A stretch of DNA of 64,000 nucleotides from an uncultured Gemmatimonadaceae bacterium (lineage in GTDB: Bacteria > Gemmatimonadota > Gemmatimonadetes > Gemmatimonadales > Gemmatimonadaceae), in assembly GCA_963843845.1 (NCBI GenBank), contig CAWJMB010000002.1, positions 960,001 to 1,024,000 of the forward strand, written 5' to 3'. Both the position numbers and the translations under genes were made by a program. Below the pieces are notes generated by a model, which searched no databases, had not been told where the DNA came from, and was given only the letters and a program-made list of their open reading frames with translations. Positions 54,402 through 64,000 of this stretch are shown one piece after another; position 1 is the stretch's first letter; each line of letters starts with the position of its first letter.

Positions 54402-55254
54402 TCACCCGGCCACCGCGTCGACCCCGATCACGGCGAGGTCGTCGTCGCCGTGGCCGTCCGCGATCAGCGCGTCCATGCGCGCCGCGAGCGCCGGGAGGAC
54501 GGCGAGCGGACGGTCGCCGGCCGTCTCGATCATGAGCCGCACGTCCTTGCGCGCCATCGCCAGCTCGAAGCTCGGCGCGAAGTTGCCGCGCGACGATGTT
54601 GCGGCCGCGGCCGCGGATCATGGCGCTCGGGTCGAACAGGCCGACCACGTCGAGGGCGTCTGCCGGCGACGCGCCGGCGCTCGGCGCGACGCTCAGGACG
54701 TCGGCGACGAGGCCCGCGATGCCGATGATGAACGCGTTGCCGCACAGCTTGTAGACCGCCGCGAGGTCGGGGCGCTCGCCGAAGTACTCGACGCGCGGCG
54801 CCATGCGCGCGAGGTCGTCGTGCACGGCGTCGAAGAGGGCGCGCGGACCCGAGGCGAGGATCGTTCCCTGCGTCTGGCGCGCCGCGGCGGGGCCGATGAA
54901 CACGGGGCAGTGCAGATAGCGAACGCCCTCCGCGTTCAGCCGCGCGGCGCGCGCGGCGGTCAGCGCGGGCTGCGTCGTCGTGTGGTCGACGATGATCGCG
55001 TCCGGCGACAGGCCGGGGCGCGCCGCGGCGATCACCTCGTCGACGACGGCGTCATCCTTCAGGACGAGATGGACGATGCGCGCCCCGCGCACCGCGTCCT
55101 CGGGCGACTCGGCGACGCGCACGCCGAAGGGGGCGAGCGCCCGCGCCTTCTCGATCGTGCGATTCCAGACGGCGAGCCGCTCGCCGCGCGTCGCTGCCGC
55201 TTCGATGAAGGCGCTGCCGAGCAGCCCGGTGCCGAGGTAGGTGATGGTCGTCAT
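54402..55254 (-). CDS. NAD(P)-dependent oxidoreductase (3-hydroxyisobutyrate / 6-phosphogluconate dehydrogenase family); one frameshift
   Basis: GTGLLG, VWNRT, DHTT, KLCGN; indel near 54585, stop at 54402. Confidence 0.8.
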
Positions 55255-55283
55255 GCGCGAAAGTTAGCGCCGCGCGCGACGGC

Positions 55284-55796
55284 TCACCTGAAGAACGTCA
55301 CCGCCGTCTCGTCGAAGACGAGCCTCGCCGCGCCGCTCGGCAGCTCGTGGCCGCGCGCGTGCTCCGCGACGAGCACCCGCGCGAAGCGGGTCGCGATCCA
55401 GCCGTCGAGCACGCGGTCGAGCATCCGCGAGCCGTAGGGCGGGTCGACGAACGCGACGTCGTAGGCGCCCGCGCCTAACGCGCCGGCGAACGGGAGTGCG
55501 TCGCGCTTGTAGATGCGCGTCCGGTCGCGTACGCGCAGCGCGGCGACGTTCGCGCGGAGGGCGTGCAGACTCGCCGGCCGCGTCTCGACGAAGTCGGCGC
55601 TCCGCGCGCCGCGCGACAGTGCCTCGAGGCCCAGCGCCCCGGTCCCCGCGAACAGGTCGAGCACCCGCGCGTCGCGCACGTCCGCGCCGAGCCGGTCGAG
55701 CACGGCGGCGCGGACGTGCTCCGCGGTCGGGCGCACGCGGAAGTCGTTCGGCGAGGTGAGGTCGCGCCCGGCGAACTTGCCGCCCACGATGCGCAC
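55284..55796 (-). CDS. rsmD: 16S rRNA m2G966 methyltransferase RsmD
   Basis: MRIVGG, RPT, LDLFAGTGALGLEALSRG, DPPY. Confidence 0.92.
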   Translation of the reverse strand: MRIVGGKFAGRDLTSPNDFRVRPTAEHVRAAVLDRLGADVRDARVLDLFAGTGALGLEALSRGARSADFVETRPASLHALRANVAALRVRDRTRIYKRDALPFAGALGAGAYDVAFVDPPYGSRMLDRVLDGWIATRFARVLVAEHARGHELPSGAARLVFDETAVTFFR

Positions 55797-55818
55797 GCGC
55801 GCCCCGCGCGCGCGACGG

Positions 55819-56773
55819 TCAGTGCTGCCCCGGTTCCTTCGTGACCGGCATGCCGATCTTCATGCGCGCGTTCGGGCGCGTGAACGCCGCCGGCGGGTTG
55901 TGCGCCGTCGCCAGCTCGTAGGCGCGCTGGTAGTGCCCCTTCGCCGACGCCGCGTCACCTTTCTTCTCGAGCGTCGTCGCGAGCAGGTAGTGCATGAACG
56001 GATCGCTCGCGTTTCCCTGGATCCCGAGCGCGCGCGTGAGGTCGGCCTCGGCGGTCGCGAGGTCGTTCGTGTACAGCGCGACGTAGCCTGTGAGATACGG
56101 AAAGAACCGCTCCTGCGCACCGGCCATCGCGGGGTCGCTATCGAGGACCTTTCGCGCCTCGGCGACGTGGCGCAGCGCCTCGGCCCTGTTGCCGCGGCGC
56201 GCCGCGAGGCGGGCCAGCGCGTGCTCGGTGCGGTACGCCCAGAGACTCGCCGGATGCGTGCGCGGCGCGGGCTCCTTAGTTCCCGAGCTCCCGGCCGGCC
56301 TTGTACCACCGCTCGGCCTCGTCGAGCTTGCCGACGTCGATGCAGACGCGCGCCGCCTCGTTCGCCATCTCGCCCTGCTGGTAGAACGCGTTCTGCGGCT
56401 CCGCCTGCTCGCGCGTCTTCCAGTAGTCGATCACCATCTGCTCGTAGCTTCATCGTGTTCGCGCAGTCGCCGTCGAACGCGTACGACATCGCCATCGCGC
56501 GCTGCGCGGCCGCCTTCGCCGCGGGGTCGGGCGCCTCGTCGATGAGCCGCTGGAAGAGGACGCGCGCCTCCTTCGTTCGCCCCTGCGTGTCGAGCTGACT
56601 CGCCTCGCGCGTCAGCTGCGTGCGCGGGGGTGCGCCGGCTGCGCCGGCTGCGCCGCAGGCTGCCCCGCCGGCTGCTGCGCGCCGAGCGCGGGCGCGACGA
56701 GGGCGGCGGAGACGAGAAGCGTCGTGAGCGCGGCCGCGAGGCGGTGCGACGGCGGAGTGGTGTGCGAGCGCAT
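55819..56773 (-). CDS. Secreted TPR-like helical protein; frameshifted
   Basis: Coherent helical segments over several frames (QLTREASQLDTQG..., FFPYLTGYVALY..., DPFMHYLLA..., HNPPAAF); start uncertain. Confidence 0.5.
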
Positions 56774-56904
56774 GCGAGCGGTCCTCGAAGGTGTCGGAGA
56801 ACGGACAGTCGCGAAGTGTAACGCGCCGCGTCGGTCGCTCGCTGTCAGACGGATGCGTACACGGCGTTAGCTTTCCGCCCGGATCCACCACCGCTCATTC
56901 CGGC

Positions 56905-58080
56905 ATGCCCTTTCACGATCGACCGCGCTTTCCGCGCGGCTTCCGCTGCGCGAGCCGCAACGTCGGCCTCAAGCCCGACGGCGAAGGATCTCGCGCTGTT
57001 CGCGAGCGACGTCGACGCCGCGGCGGCGGCGGTGTTCACGCGCAACCAGTTCCCCGGCGCGCCCGATCGTCCTCGGCCGCGAGACGATCCGCGGCGGCGT
57101 GCTGCGCGGCGTCGTCGTGAACAGCAAGGTGAGCAACGTCGCGACCGGCGCGGCGGGCGTCGAGAACGCGCGGCGCATGGCGCCGGCTGCGGCAGCGCGA
57201 GCTCGGCACGACGCCGGACCGCGTGCTCGTCAGCTCGACCGGCGTCATCGGCGTGCCGCTGCCGATCGAGAAGATCGAGCGCGGGCATCGTCGGCATGTC
57301 GGCCGAGCTGCAGGACGACCCGCTCGTCGGCGCGCGAGGGCATCATGACGACCGACACCTACGCCAAGGCGCTGTCGACGAGCGTCGGCGACGCGACGAT
57401 CACGTGGGTCGCGAAGGGCTCGGGCATGATCGAGCCGAACATGGCGACGATGCTCGCCTACATCTTCACCGACGCCGCGCTCGACGCCGCCGACGCTCGA
57501 TCGGCTGCTGCGCGCGCGCGGTCGACGTGAGCTTCAACATGCTCTCCGTCGACGGCGACACGAGCACGTCGGACACCTGCGCGATCCTCGCGAACGGGCT
57601 CGCCGGCCCCGTCGACGAGGCCGCGTTCGCCGAGGCGCTCCGCGCGGGCTGCGTGCGCATGACGGAGATGCTCGCCCGCGACGGCGAGGGAGCCGAGCAC
57701 CTGCTGCGCGTGACGGTGCGCGGACGCGAGCGACGCGGCGACGCACGCCGCGTGGCGAAGTCGATCGTCAACTCGCCGCTCGTGAAGACGATGGTGCACG
57801 GCGCCGACCCGAACGTCGGCCGCCTGCTCATGGCGGTCGGCAAGTGCTTCGACTGCACGCATCGACCCGAGCGCGACCGACGCCTGGATCAACGGCTATC
57901 AGGTCGTGCGCGGGCGGAACGCGTCTCGCGTTCGACGATGCCGTCGTGCGTGCCGCGCTCGCCGTCGAGGTCGTCGACATCGACGTCGCGTTGGGCATCG
58001 GCGGCGACTCCGCGACCGCCTACGGCTGCGACCTCACGAAAGCGTACGTCGACGAGAACGCGGCGTACTACTCCAGCTAA
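56905..58080 (+). CDS. argJ: Bifunctional glutamate N-acetyltransferase / ornithine acetyltransferase ArgJ; multiply frameshifted
   Basis: [66 protein letters not shown]. Confidence 0.9.
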
Positions 58081-58089
58081 CGTTCGGCC

Positions 58090-59454
58090 ATGCCTCACGA
58101 CTCCGCGCGCCGCCGCGTCGTCATCACCGGGATGGGCGCCGTCACGCCGTTGGGCCTCGACGTGACGACCTTCTGGAACGCGCTCCTCGCCGGCCGCAGC
58201 GGCGCCGCCCCGATCGCGAACTTCGACGCGACCGGCTACGACACGACCTTCGCCTGCGAGTTGAAGGAATTCGACCCGCGCGACGTCATGGACCGCAAGC
58301 TCGCGAACCGTCTCGACCCGGTCTGCCACTTCGCGCTCGCCGCGGCCGACGAGGCGATGCGCGACGCGGGGCTGACGTCCGAGACGCTGGACCGGGTCGG
58401 CCGCGAGCGCGTCGGCGTGATCTTCGGCGCGGGGATCGGCGGGCTGCAGACGTTCCAGCAGCAGACCGAGGCGTTCGTGCGCGGCGGGCCGCGCCGCATC
58501 TCGCCCTTCTTCATCCCGATGATGATCCCGGACATGGCACCGGGAATCATCTCGATCCAGTACGGCCTCCGCGGCCCGAACCACGCCGTCGTCTCGGCGT
58601 GCGCGACCGGGAATCACAATCTGGCCGACGCGCTCGCCCTCATCCGCGACGGCCAGGCGGAGGTCATCGTCACCGGCGGCAGCGAGGCCGCGATCTGCGA
58701 GCTCGGCGTCGCGGGGTTCAGCGCGATGAAGGCGCTCTCGACGCGCAACGACGACCCGGCCGGCGCGTCGCGCCCGTTCGACGCGACGCGCGACGGATTC
58801 GTGCTCGGGGAGGGGGCGGGCGCGCTCGTCGTCGAGTCGCTCGATCACGCACTGGCCCGCGGCGCGCCGATCTACGCCGAGGTGCTGTCGGTCGGCGCGT
58901 CGGCCGACGCGCACCACCTCACCGCGCCGCACCCCGAGGGGCTCGGCGCGCGGCTCGCGATGGAGCGGGCACTGTCGCTCGCCGGCGTGACGCCCGTGGA
59001 CATCGACACGATCAACATGCACGGCACGTCGACCCCGCTCGGCGACGTCGCCGAGAGCCGCGCGGTGCGCGAGGTGTTCGGCGCGCACGCCGATGCGCTC
59101 ACGGCGACGTCGACGAAGAGCATGACCGGCCATCTGCTGGGCGCCGCCGGCGCGGTCGAGGCGATCGCCAGCGTGCTCGCGATCACCGACTCGGTCGTGC
59201 CGCCGACGATCAACCACGCGACGCCCGACCCGGCGTGCGATCTGCGCTACGCGTTCAACGCCGCCGTGCGCCGCCCGGTGCGCGTCGCGATCAGCAACGC
59301 GTTCGGCTTCGGCGGCCACAACACGTGCGCGGTGTTCGCCGCGTACGACGGCCCCGGCCCCACGCGCGGCCCGCGCCACGTCGCCCACGCCGCGCCGGGC
59401 GACGCGCCGGCCGAGGTGTCGCCGTCGGCGATCGCGCCGGCAGGTGCGTGGTGA
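58090..59454 (+). CDS. fabF: Beta-ketoacyl-ACP synthase II
   Basis: RRVVITG, SACATG (Cys), SRPFD..RDGFV, HGTST, GHLLGAAG, NAFGFGG. Confidence 0.92.
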   Translation: MPHDSARRRVVITGMGAVTPLGLDVTTFWNALLAGRSGAAPIANFDATGYDTTFACELKEFDPRDVMDRKLANRLDPVCHFALAAADEAMRDAGLTSETLDRVGRERVGVIFGAGIGGLQTFQQQTEAFVRGGPRRISPFFIPMMIPDMAPGIISIQYGLRGPNHAVVSACATGNHNLADALALIRDGQAEVIVTGGSEAAICELGVAGFSAMKALSTRNDDPAGASRPFDATRDGFVLGEGAGALVVESLDHALARGAPIYAEVLSVGASADAHHLTAPHPEGLGARLAMERALSLAGVTPVDIDTINMHGTSTPLGDVAESRAVREVFGAHADALTATSTKSMTGHLLGAAGAVEAIASVLAITDSVVPPTINHATPDPACDLRYAFNAAVRRPVRVAISNAFGFGGHNTCAVFAAYDGPGPTRGPRHVAHAAPGDAPAEVSPSAIAPAGAW

Positions 59455-59927
59455 GCGACGGCGGGCGGGACGGCGTGCGGAGCGCAGCCGGCGGCCTCGC
59501 GTGGCTCGAGGCGCTCGCGCGCGGCGAGGTGGAGCCCCCGCCGGCCGCGCGCCTCGTCGGCCTGTCGCTCGTCGAGGTCGAGCGCGGCCGCGCCGTGTTC
59601 GCGCTCGAGCCGCAGGCGCGCCACTACAACCCGATGGGCGTCGTGCACGGCGGGATCATCTCGACGATCCTCGACACCGCGATGGGGTGCGCCGTGCAGT
59701 CGATGCTCCCGGCGGGGACGGGGTACACGACGACCGACCTCCACGTGACGTTCGTGCGCGCGATCACCGAGGCGACGGGGCGCGTGACCGCCGAGGGGCG
59801 CTCGCTGCACGCGGGCGGCCGGCTCGCCACCGCCGACGGGCGGCTCACGGACGCGACCGGGCGGCTGCTCGCGCACGCGGTGACGAGCTGCTTCGTGATG
59901 CCGGCGACCACGCAGCGCCACGGGTAG
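59451..59927 (+). CDS. PaaI family hotdog thioesterase
   Basis: NPMGVVHGG..ILDTAMG motif; GTGA overlap with fabF. Confidence 0.88.
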   Translation: MSDGGRDGVRSAAGGLAWLEALARGEVEPPPAARLVGLSLVEVERGRAVFALEPQARHYNPMGVVHGGIISTILDTAMGCAVQSMLPAGTGYTTTDLHVTFVRAITEATGRVTAEGRSLHAGGRLATADGRLTDATGRLLAHAVTSCFVMPATTQRHG

Positions 59928-59981
59928 ACGGCGGTCGGACCGTCACTCGACACCCTCGGCGCCTCACCGCACCTTCCGTCG

Positions 59982-61098
59982 ATGCGACGTCTCCTCAGCT
60001 CACTCGCGCTGGCCGGTCTCGCCGCCTGCGCCAGCTCCACCGCGCAGACCGGCGCGACGACGACCCCGGCGCGACCGTTCTGGACGCCGCGCGCCGCGGG
60101 CGCGTCGCACACCCTGATGCCCTCGCCCGCGACGGTCGTCTACGGCGGCTACGACCCCGAGGCGCGCCCCGCGCTCCGCGTCGCGTCGGGGGACGAGGTG
60201 ACGATCGGCGCCGTCTCGACGTGCGGCGCGCGGCTGCTCCAGCCCGGCGCCGACAGCGGGGTCATCGAGCCCGCGTATCGCGCGATCGTCGCCGCGGCGC
60301 GCGACTCGACGCTGCGCCGCGGCCCCGGCGGCCACATCCTCACCGGACCCGTCGCCGTCGACGGGGCCGAGCCGGGAGACGTGCTCGAGGTGCGGATCCG
60401 CGAGGTCGAGCTCGACCTGCCGTTCGCCTGCAACTCGTTCGGGCCGCGCAGCGGCTTCCTGCCCGAGGACTTCCCGGGCCAGTCGAAGTCGCGCATCGTG
60501 CCGCTCGACCGCGCGCGCATGGTCGGCCGCTTCTCGGACTCGGCCGGCATCGAGATCCCGCTCGCCCCGTTCTTCGGCAGCATGGGCGTCGCGCCGCCGC
60601 CGGCGCGCGGGCGCGTCAACAGCGCGCCGCCGGGGATCCACGCCGGGAACCTCGACAACAAGGAGCTCGTCGCGGGGACGATCCTCTACATCCCCGTGCA
60701 CGTGCGCGGCGCGCTGTTCCAGGCCGGCGACGGTCACGCCGCGCAGGGGGACGGCGAGGTCGACATCACGGCGCTCGAGACGGCGCTGCGCGGGCGCTTC
60801 CAGCTCATCGTGCGCAAGGACATGCGCGCTCGCCTGGCCGCGCGGCGAGACCGCCACGCACTGGATCGCGATGGGCGCCGACAGCAACCTCACGACGGCG
60901 ACGAAGATCGCCGTGCGCGAGGCGATCGCCCTCCTCGGCGACGTCTACCGGCTGCCGCGCGACGACGCCTACATGCTCGTCAGCACGGCGTGCGACGTGC
61001 GCATCACGCAGCTCGTCGACGGCACGATGGGCGCGCACGTCATGATCCCGAAGCGGCTGTTCACACGCGCGCCCGCGCGGCGCGAGGGGGGACGATGA
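59982..61098 (+). CDS. Acetamidase/formamidase family protein (lipoprotein); one frameshift
   Basis: LAAC lipobox; GGHILTGP, GNLD, GDGHAAQGDGEV..TALE; continues after an indel near 60830 in ORF 60871..61098. Confidence 0.85.
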
Positions 61099-61634
61099 CG
61101 ACCAGGCCCGCGGCCCGGCGCGCCTGCGCCGTCGCGTTAGGCACCCTCGCCGCCTGCGCCCCGAAGGGCGACGCCGGCCGCGCCGGCGACTCGGCCGCGC
61201 CCGCGCCGGCGGCCGCCGCGCCCGACACGGTCGGCGCGCGGCTCGCCGCCGCCGACGTCGCCGCGCTCCGCTGGCTCGCCGGCACGTGGCGCGGCACCGG
61301 CGACGTCGAGACGCCGTTCTACGAGCGCTACACGTTCGTGAACGACTCGACGATCGAGGTCCTCGGCTTCACCGACTCGACGCTCGCGACGGCGAACGAC
61401 ACCACCGTCTACTCGCTGCGCGACGGGCGCTTCGGCAACCACGACCGACCGTCGCGCTACGTCGCGACGCGCGCGACCGGGGACCGCGTCGAGTTCGGGC
61501 CGGTGACCGCGCGCAACGCCTTCGTCTGGCGCCGGGTGCGCGACGACGGCTGGGAGGCGACGATCCTGCCGCGGACGAGCGCCGGCGAGCCGGGGCGCGA
61601 GCGGCGCTACGCGATGGCCCCCTACCGCCCGTGA
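61095..61634 (+). CDS. Putative lipoprotein (DUF6265-like)
   Basis: ATGA overlap; LAAC lipobox; LRWLAGTWRG motif. Confidence 0.6.
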   Translation: MTTRPAARRACAVALGTLAACAPKGDAGRAGDSAAPAPAAAAPDTVGARLAAADVAALRWLAGTWRGTGDVETPFYERYTFVNDSTIEVLGFTDSTLATANDTTVYSLRDGRFGNHDRPSRYVATRATGDRVEFGPVTARNAFVWRRVRDDGWEATILPRTSAGEPGRERRYAMAPYRP

Positions 61635-61639
61635 CGCCC

Positions 61640-63085
61640 ATGCCCATCTCCTCGTGCGCCGCCGCGCGTCGCCTGACGCTCGCCGCCCTGCTCGCGGCCG
61701 CCGGCCGGCTCGCCGCCCAGCCCGCGCCGACGCCCCATCAGGCGCTCGGCCGCGACGTCCTGCGCGAGCTCGTCGAGACGAACACCACCTACTCGTCCGG
61801 GAGCACGACCAGGGCGGCGGAGCGGCTCGCCGCGCGCTTCCTCGCCGCCGGCTTCCCGGCGTCGGACGTGCGCGTCGTCGGGCCCGACAGCGGCCTCGAC
61901 GCGAAGGACAGGAATCTCGTCGTGCGCTACCGCGGACGCGGCGCGCGGCGACCGGTGCTGCTGTTAGGCCATCTCGACGTCGTCGAGGCGCGCCGCGACG
62001 ACTGGGGTCGCGACCCGTTCGCGCTCGTCGAGCAGGACGGCCACTTCTACGGCCGCGGCACGCTCGACATGAAGGGGAGCGACGCGGCGTGGGTCGCCGC
62101 GCTGCTGCGGCTCAAGCAGGAGGGATTCGTTCCGGCCGGCGACTACGTGCTCGTGTTCACGGCCGGCGAGGAGGGGGGCGGCGGCTACAACGGAATCGGG
62201 TGGCTCGTCGCCCGCCGCCACGACATCCTCGACCGCGACCTGCTCGACGCCGACTACGCGCTGAACGCGGACCTCGGCGCCGGCGAGTGGCGCGACGGCA
62301 AGGGCGCCGTGCTGCACCTGCTGACGGCCGAGAAGCGCGCCTACTCGGTCACGCTCGCGGCGCGCAATCCCGGCGGTCACAGCTCGCTCCCCGTGAAGGA
62401 CAACGCGATCACGCACGTCGCGAACGCGTTGGGCAGGATCGGCGCCCACGAGTTCCCGGCACGTACGACGCCGGTGACGCGCGCGATGTTCGCCGGCGAC
62501 GCGACCCGCGAGCGCGGCGAGCTCGCCGCCGAGCTGCGCGCGGTGAGCGCGCCCGACACGCCCGACAGCGCTGCGGCCGCACGGCTCTCGGCGCGCTCGC
62601 CGTACTTCAACGCGATGCTACGCACCACGTGCATCGCGACGATGATGTCGGGCGGCCACGCGCGCAACGCGCTCCCGCAGCTCGCCACGGCGTCGATCGG
62701 CTGCCGCGTGCTTCCCGGCGAAGACCCCGCCGACGTCGTGCGAACGCTGCGCGGCGTCGTCGCCGACTCGGCCGTCGACGTGAGCGGGCCGGAGTCCGGC
62801 CCCGTCGCACTGCCGTCGGAGGTTCCACCGGCGCTCCTGCGTACCCTTCGGTCGGTCGCCGAGTCGGTGTGGCGCGGCGTGTCGGTGGAGCCGGCGATGG
62901 CCGCGTTCGCGACCGACGGCGCGACGCTGCGGCGCAACGGCGTGCCGTCGTTCGGCGTCAGCGGCTACTTCGCCGATCCGGCGAACCCCGCGGACGCGCG
63001 GGCGCACGGCCTCGACGAGCGGATCGGCGTGCGAGCGTTCTACGATCAGCTCGAGTACACCTACCGGCTGTTGAAGGCACTCTGA
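61640..63085 (+). CDS. M20/M25/M40 family metallo-hydrolase, secreted
   Basis: GHLDVV, GRGTLDMK, GEE, GGHSS, AHGLDER motifs; signal peptide. Confidence 0.9.
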   Translation: MPISSCAAARRLTLAALLAAAGRLAAQPAPTPHQALGRDVLRELVETNTTYSSGSTTRAAERLAARFLAAGFPASDVRVVGPDSGLDAKDRNLVVRYRGRGARRPVLLLGHLDVVEARRDDWGRDPFALVEQDGHFYGRGTLDMKGSDAAWVAALLRLKQEGFVPAGDYVLVFTAGEEGGGGYNGIGWLVARRHDILDRDLLDADYALNADLGAGEWRDGKGAVLHLLTAEKRAYSVTLAARNPGGHSSLPVKDNAITHVANALGRIGAHEFPARTTPVTRAMFAGDATRERGELAAELRAVSAPDTPDSAAAARLSARSPYFNAMLRTTCIATMMSGGHARNALPQLATASIGCRVLPGEDPADVVRTLRGVVADSAVDVSGPESGPVALPSEVPPALLRTLRSVAESVWRGVSVEPAMAAFATDGATLRRNGVPSFGVSGYFADPANPADARAHGLDERIGVRAFYDQLEYTYRLLKAL

Positions 63086-63092
63086 GCCCCCG

Positions 63093-64000
63093 TCAGGCGC
63101 CCACCCGGACGACGAGCGCCTTGCCGGCGTACGCCGCCGCGTCGACGCCGCGCGCCCGCGTGACGACTCGCCGCGCCCCGTTCGGCCACGTCACCTCGAC
63201 GTCGACGCGCCGCACGTCGCCGAGCCCGACGTGCACCGGGAGGTCGCTCTGCGCGTCGTACCCGGAGCCGGTGTCGACGAGGCGGGTGCCTAACAGTCGT
63301 CGCGTCCCCGCCGCATAGACGCGCACCTCGGCGCCCGCCCGCGTCGCCCGGCCGCGGGGGTCGACGACGCGCACGGCGAGCGAGCGGCGCGTCGCTCCCG
63401 GCACGAGCGTGTTGCCCAGCACGAAGTGCATCCCGTCCGGCCGCACACCGGTGAGCGCGAGGTCGAGATCGCCGTCCCCGTCGAAATCGGCCCACGCCGC
63501 GCCGTGGTCGGCGTGCAGCGCGCGCACATTCGCCGGCGTCACGTCGTCGAGCCGTGTGCCGGTGTTGCGATACAGATAGTCCGGGTAGCTCGTGCCGCCG
63601 GTGACGGTGCCGTTGACGTACAGATCGAGCCAGCCGTCGTTGTCGACGTCCGCGAACGCGCACGTGTCGTAGCGTCCGTCGACGGCGACGCCCCACGCCG
63701 CCGACGCGTCGTCGAAGCGACCTCCGCGATTCAGGAACAGCCCGTTCGGCCCGTAGTTCGCGGCGAACAGATCGAGGCGGCCGTCGTTGTCGACGTCGGC
63801 GGCGCAGGGGCGTACGGTGCCGTTCGTGGCGTCGCGCGGCGCGCGCCCGCCCCACTGCACGCCGAGTGATTCGGCGACGTCGGTGAACCGGGTGCCGCCG
63901 CGGCCCGCGCGGTCGTTGCGATAGAGCGCGTTCGCGTCGCCGTCCATGTTCGCCAGGTACAGATCGAGGTCGCCGTCGGCGTCGAAGTCGAGCCACACGG
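63093..64000 (-). CDS. CRTAC1-like FG-GAP repeat protein with C-terminal ASPIC/UnbV domain (5' part outside window)
   Basis: Repeated DxDxDGxLDL motifs; GSGYDAQS..VHVGLG..VTWP. Confidence 0.85.
   Translation of the reverse strand, partial: VWLDFDADGDLDLYLANMDGDANALYRNDRAGRGGTRFTDVAESLGVQWGGRAPRDATNGTVRPCAADVDNDGRLDLFAANYGPNGLFLNRGGRFDDASAAWGVAVDGRYDTCAFADVDNDGWLDLYVNGTVTGGTSYPDYLYRNTGTRLDDVTPANVRALHADHGAAWADFDGDGDLDLALTGVRPDGMHFVLGNTLVPGATRRSLAVRVVDPRGRATRAGAEVRVYAAGTRRLLGTRLVDTGSGYDAQSDLPVHVGLGDVRRVDVEVTWPNGARRVVTRARGVDAAAYAGKALVVRVGA

Overview
A very GC-rich (roughly 70-75% by eye), gene-dense bacterial chromosomal segment. Gene content and style (many signal-peptide peptidases, DUF885/DUF5916/tricorn/CRTAC1 proteins, ECF sigma factors) suggest Gemmatimonadota, which is my inference. 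I see no rRNA, tRNA, CRISPR array or transposase. Many genes, including housekeeping ones (argJ, ferredoxin), are broken by clustered small indels, most likely uncorrected long-read errors. Main content, in order: (i) 0.1-14.5 kb, peptidases (two DUF885, CocE/NonD, Tat-exported prolidase) joined to a complete 4-hydroxyproline catabolic cluster with a GntR regulator; a shared 20-bp operator-like site sits before the second DUF885 gene (3.7 kb) and before the deaminase (14.5 kb); (ii) a metallopeptidase-motif/beta-propeller/Omp85 fusion, rnd, a divergent lspA, a DUF59 protein, and an ECF/anti-sigma/PDZ operon; (iii) an Ior-type molybdoenzyme operon with xdhC and a MocA-like gene, divergent from a PQQ/cytochrome c dehydrogenase; (iv) ggt, tricorn protease, an ECF42+DGPF pair with a matching promoter, a further ECF, and an H-NOX + GAF-GGDEF-EAL module; (v) rsmD, argJ, fabF, PaaI, an acetamidase, an M20 peptidase and a partial CRTAC1-like gene. 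The most unusual sequence-level signal is a dispersed motif, YGTTAGGC(A), with at least 17 copies. It accounts for essentially every TTA leucine codon I found, always on the sense strand as Leu-Gly. There is also a two-copy family of intergenic palindromes and many in-frame tandem micro-duplications in signal peptides.
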